Of a stretch of DNA of 35,224 nt, positions 32,269 to 35,224 are shown piece after piece. Made by a program: the position numbers and the translations under genes. Source of the DNA: an uncultured Phycisphaeraceae bacterium. GTDB lineage: Bacteria; Planctomycetota; Phycisphaerae; UBA1845. The notes under the pieces are model-generated. The model made no database searches. It had not been told where the DNA came from and saw only the letters and a list, made by a program, of their open reading frames with translations. Positions within the stretch are counted from its first letter, which is position 1; every line of letters starts with the position of its first letter. The stretch spans positions 1-35,224 of the forward strand of contig CAZKIN010000009.1 of assembly GCA_964552515.1 (NCBI GenBank), given 5' to 3'.

Positions 32269-34626
32269 ATGCCGGTACCGACAAGAGAAACGCCAGGACG
32301 TGAAACACCGCAGCCGCGAAGCGTGCTGACGGGTCCGCCCATTTCGTGGTCGGGACGCCGGCCGGAACTCCGCGTGCAAGTGGAAGCGGCACTCAATAGC
32401 AACCGGTTCATCCAGCCGCCCGACGTGGTGGACTGGAGCAACGTGACCCTCGGCCTGAACGACAGCGAAGCGACAGCCACGATCATCGTTCGCGGGCTGG
32501 ATGCCAACCGACTGGCACGCGCCAATCCCACGGGCAATGACCTGCTGGGCGATCAGCACTTTACGCACCTTTTGGAAATGCTGTCACCCAACAAGCGCGT
32601 GCAGATCGGAACCGGCTTTAACACCGGCGATCCGCTGATCCTGTTCCAGGGCTACCCGCTGCAGCGCAGCGTGCGCTGGTCGGGCAACGGGCAGAGCCTG
32701 ACGGTGACCTGTATCAGCGAGGCGGACGAATACCTGGCGGTGCATCCGCTGCAAATCATCACCGGGCAGGTGCGACGACTGCGGCCGGATGTCGCCTATG
32801 ACGCCAGTGCACCGGACACCACCATCCTGGACGCGCTGCCGCTGGTCTTCAATCCGGGCGGCAAGCCGAACATGAACCCGTGGCCGTATGGCATCGAGAT
32901 CGAGGGCAAGACCCACCTGATTCATTTTCCGTGCGACCCGAATGATCCGGCGGTGAAGGAAGACCACGGCCTCAGCGCCGCCGCGAAGCACTGGAACTAT
33001 GCGAACGCGCTGCGGTACCTGTGCGCGTACCACGTCGCCATCGGCGGAAGCCCGGTGTCGGTGAGTGACTTCCTCCAGGACACGGACGCCGAGGAGATCA
33101 TCAACGTGGCTCCGCAGCAAACCGGCGATCCATTCGTGGATCTGCTCACCGCCCGCGTGACGGACGTGTCGTGCGCCAACATGAGCGTGCGCGAAGCGCT
33201 GGTGCTGCTGTGCGGGGAAGCGGGCCTGCACTTCCAAACGATGATCGCACGCGGCAAGGGCACCACGGGCATCGGGCCGCGCTACGTGCTCCGCGTCTTC
33301 GCCGCCCTGGCGGACGGGCAGGAAGAACAAAGCACGCCCAGCGGCCGCCACATGATCATGCCGAAGGTGCGCGACCTGCCGCACCAGGCACCCTTCACCG
33401 ATCAGACGGGCGTGGAGACGAAAGATTTTTCCCTGGCCAACAAGGCTGCGTTTGAGTGCGACCTGACGCTGGACGCCCGGGTGGTCAATGAACCGATCCT
33501 GCCGGGCGGCGTGCGCACGTATGAATGCACGCTGCTGCTGAGACCGGGGTGGGCACCGCAGGCGAACCTCGACAACCTGGTCAATGCCAGCCAGGCGCAG
33601 AAGGACGCGGCCATCGGGTTCTGGGAAGGGCAACTGGAAGGGGAGAACGAATTCGGCGGCAGCGCCATTCCGACCAGCATTTACCACGGCCAGCATCCGG
33701 GGCACCTTAGTGTCAGTGATGTGGCACGGCTCTGGATTTTCCCGGACAGCATGCGGTACATCGGGCAGGGACTGGAACGCCAGGGCTGGGACGCGCGGCT
33801 GTACAGCCCGTTCATGCCGGAGCCGGGCGTCGGTCTGGTATTCGGACATGACACGCTGGGCGGCGCCATTGAAGATTCGGACAACTGGGTCATCCGGCCA
33901 CGGCCGTTTCGAGACACCATCGGACGCACTTCGAAGGACGCTCGAAGAAGCCCCGCGGTGCAGATCGCTTTTGACTTCGCCTTCAACGGAGACGCGACGG
34001 CGGGGTACAGCGCCACGTGGCGCGACTATGCGGGCGATGTGTCGATCGACACGGAGCGCGCGGCCCTGCGGCTGACGCCGGCGAACTTCCTCCAGGATGC
34101 GCAGCTCCGCGAAGACCCCAGCGACAGCACATCGCAGTCCATGGTCGAGGCGATCATCAACGGAACCTTCGCGGTGCGCGTGGCCTGCTGCATCGAAGGT
34201 GACAGCCGGATCGTGGGGCGAAGCTTCGCCGGAACGAATGAGCGACCCCGCGCGGGCATCAAGGATGTTTCCGGCCGGTTCAAGCACCTGCGCCGTCGCG
34301 GACAGAACAGCCACATCTCCACCTTCGTGCACGCGCCGGACGAAGCGGAGTTCGAAGGGCGCGAAGATGATCTCGCCCTGGCGGACTATGCCGCGAAGAT
34401 GCGCCGACGCAGCGGCAAGGAAACAGCGGCGGCCAGCGTGGTGGTGCCGTGGTGCGACGCGGACGGCGGGTGGGAACTGGGCGACGCAATCACCGGGTGC
34501 AGTGGCATCGACATCCCGTTCGCGGGGTACAGCGAGATCGTGAGCAAGAGCTACTCGAACAACGGCGGCCATGTGCAGACGACGTACAACGTGGGTGACC
34601 TGCGGCACTCCCCGGAGATTGCGTGA
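32269..34626 (+). CDS. large tail or baseplate-hub-like structural protein (785 aa)
   Basis: It is the longest ORF of the tail module and has GC3-rich codons. No motif recognised. Confidence 0.55.
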   Translation: MPVPTRETPGRETPQPRSVLTGPPISWSGRRPELRVQVEAALNSNRFIQPPDVVDWSNVTLGLNDSEATATIIVRGLDANRLARANPTGNDLLGDQHFTHLLEMLSPNKRVQIGTGFNTGDPLILFQGYPLQRSVRWSGNGQSLTVTCISEADEYLAVHPLQIITGQVRRLRPDVAYDASAPDTTILDALPLVFNPGGKPNMNPWPYGIEIEGKTHLIHFPCDPNDPAVKEDHGLSAAAKHWNYANALRYLCAYHVAIGGSPVSVSDFLQDTDAEEIINVAPQQTGDPFVDLLTARVTDVSCANMSVREALVLLCGEAGLHFQTMIARGKGTTGIGPRYVLRVFAALADGQEEQSTPSGRHMIMPKVRDLPHQAPFTDQTGVETKDFSLANKAAFECDLTLDARVVNEPILPGGVRTYECTLLLRPGWAPQANLDNLVNASQAQKDAAIGFWEGQLEGENEFGGSAIPTSIYHGQHPGHLSVSDVARLWIFPDSMRYIGQGLERQGWDARLYSPFMPEPGVGLVFGHDTLGGAIEDSDNWVIRPRPFRDTIGRTSKDARRSPAVQIAFDFAFNGDATAGYSATWRDYAGDVSIDTERAALRLTPANFLQDAQLREDPSDSTSQSMVEAIINGTFAVRVACCIEGDSRIVGRSFAGTNERPRAGIKDVSGRFKHLRRRGQNSHISTFVHAPDEAEFEGREDDLALADYAAKMRRRSGKETAAASVVVPWCDADGGWELGDAITGCSGIDIPFAGYSEIVSKSYSNNGGHVQTTYNVGDLRHSPEIA

Positions 34627-35111
34627 TGGCACTCACCACCATCAACCTCGACGTCGAGTGCGACCCAGACTGGGTCGCAGAGACGCGTCTGAACGCGTAC
34701 AGCGACTTTGGTTGCGGCGTGGTGGATTACGGCCAGCCGCTGCTGGGACGCGGCCTGCGGGCCTTCCCGGAGGCCTCCGCAGTGGCCGGGCTGGGCGATG
34801 GTCTGCTCGGCGAAGTGATCCTCGGCGGCACGCGGCCGCGAGCTGCTCGGGAAGCGGGACTCGGCGCGGGGCTGCTCGGCGAGCTGGTCCTGGGCACCGG
34901 ACCGGAACTGGTGGGCATCACGGTGGAAGTGCCACCGGCCTACAGCACGCACAAGTTCGCGGTCATCGCGTTTGATGACGCGGGCGTGGAGCAAGGCGCA
35001 GCACTGGTCAGTGACGTGTTCGTGTCGTCCACCGATCCGGAGACGCCGCGGGCGTTTGCCCTGCTCGGCTATGACGCGGCACTCGATCGATTCAGTTTTG
35101 CAGTTGGTTGA
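34623..35111 (+). CDS. hypothetical tail-module protein with an internal Gly/Leu repeat
   Basis: A 4-nt overlap with the upstream gene. AGLGDGLLGEVILGG and AGLGAGLLGELVLGT are internal repeats. Confidence 0.5.
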   Translation: MMALTTINLDVECDPDWVAETRLNAYSDFGCGVVDYGQPLLGRGLRAFPEASAVAGLGDGLLGEVILGGTRPRAAREAGLGAGLLGELVLGTGPELVGITVEVPPAYSTHKFAVIAFDDAGVEQGAALVSDVFVSSTDPETPRAFALLGYDAALDRFSFAVG

Positions 35112-35115
35112 AGAA

Positions 35116-35131
35116 GGCACGGAGGCACGCC
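35116..35131 (+). repeat. octamer array GGCACGGA GGCACGCC
   Basis: It starts 5 nt after the stop at 35109-35111 and abuts hairpin copy e. Confidence 0.8.
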
Positions 35132-35148
35132 CGCACAGCGGGGTTTGT
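35129..35148 (+). repeat. hairpin element GCCCGCACAGCGGGGTTTGT (copy e)
   Basis: Read directly. Confidence 0.85.
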
Positions 35149-35163
35149 TGAAGGGAATCAGAG

Positions 35164-35224
35164 ATGGCGAATCCAGCGGTAGTACCCTATACGAATGAAG
35201 AAGCGGCCACGCGGTCGGGCGTGC
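35164..35224 (+). CDS. start of a further tail-module gene (3' end beyond window)
   Basis: ATG at 35164 is preceded by GAAGGGAA. Its leader is nearly identical to the one upstream of 29031. Confidence 0.4.
   Translation, partial: MANPAVVPYTNEEAATRSGV

Larger units (their letters stand above)
737..35224. mobile_element. Mu-like transposable prophage with divergent early and late arms; left boundary approximate, right end outside window
   Basis: MuA-like DDE transposase, MuB-like ATPase and GemA-like gene co-occur with a Mu-type head module: gp25-like, terminase, DUF935 portal, Mu F, Mu I, gpT, gp36-like and gpG-like. No tyrosine or serine integrase is present. Confidence 0.8.

Noticed and set aside
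32584-34632. 682-aa minus-strand ORF antisense to the 785-aa tail gene. Similar long antisense ORFs lie at 28500..29966, 25986..27110, 23526..24737, 9215..10600 and 4763..5740.
   Set aside because: The translations are Arg/Ala/Gly/Pro/His-rich and low in complexity, with no motifs. They mirror genes that have clear family motifs or good codon bias. This is the typical high-GC antisense ORF artefact.

Overview
This is high-GC bacterial DNA. Positions 3-731 are the 3' part of a host COG1533/PA0069-type radical SAM gene. Almost everything after that reads as one Mu-like transposable prophage whose right end lies beyond the window. The layout is divergent, which from memory resembles BcepMu rather than Mu itself. 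The minus-strand early/transposition arm runs from about 12739 down to 3164. It carries small regulators, a DDE MuA-like transposase, a MuB-like AAA+ ATPase, a GemA-like protein, an unexpected RecQ-family helicase and several orphan genes. The plus-strand late arm runs from 15297 to the window end. It carries membrane or lysis-like genes, a gp25-like protein, small and large terminase, a Dam-type methylase, a DUF935 portal, Mu F, Mu I protease/scaffold, a decoration-like protein, the gpT capsid protein, gp36- and gpG-like proteins, and a tail module with no sheath-sized gene. Between the arms is a visibly AT-richer island at about 12.8-15.3 kb. It holds an RHH regulator, a dockerin-tagged FGE-fold protein that lacks the catalytic cysteines, a candidate ORF-less transcript bounded by a promoter and a terminator, and an initiator-like tRNA-Met(CAT). 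I found no CRISPR array, rRNA, integrase or reverse transcriptase. The most unusual signals are at the nucleotide level. First, GGCACGAA-type octamer arrays sit just after late-gene stop codons, and one copy lies inside a CDS. Second, a CCCGC-ACA-GCGGG hairpin family punctuates the late operon. Third, GTGCCAC dyads cluster at the start of the late operon. Fourth, a repeat-dense region at 732-1073 is a candidate prophage left end. At the gene level, the candidates for something new are the RecQ-centred early sub-operon, the orphan genes at 1104-3139 and the dockerin/FGE accessory gene. All functional calls rest on motifs I recognised by eye in the translations; no database search was possible.
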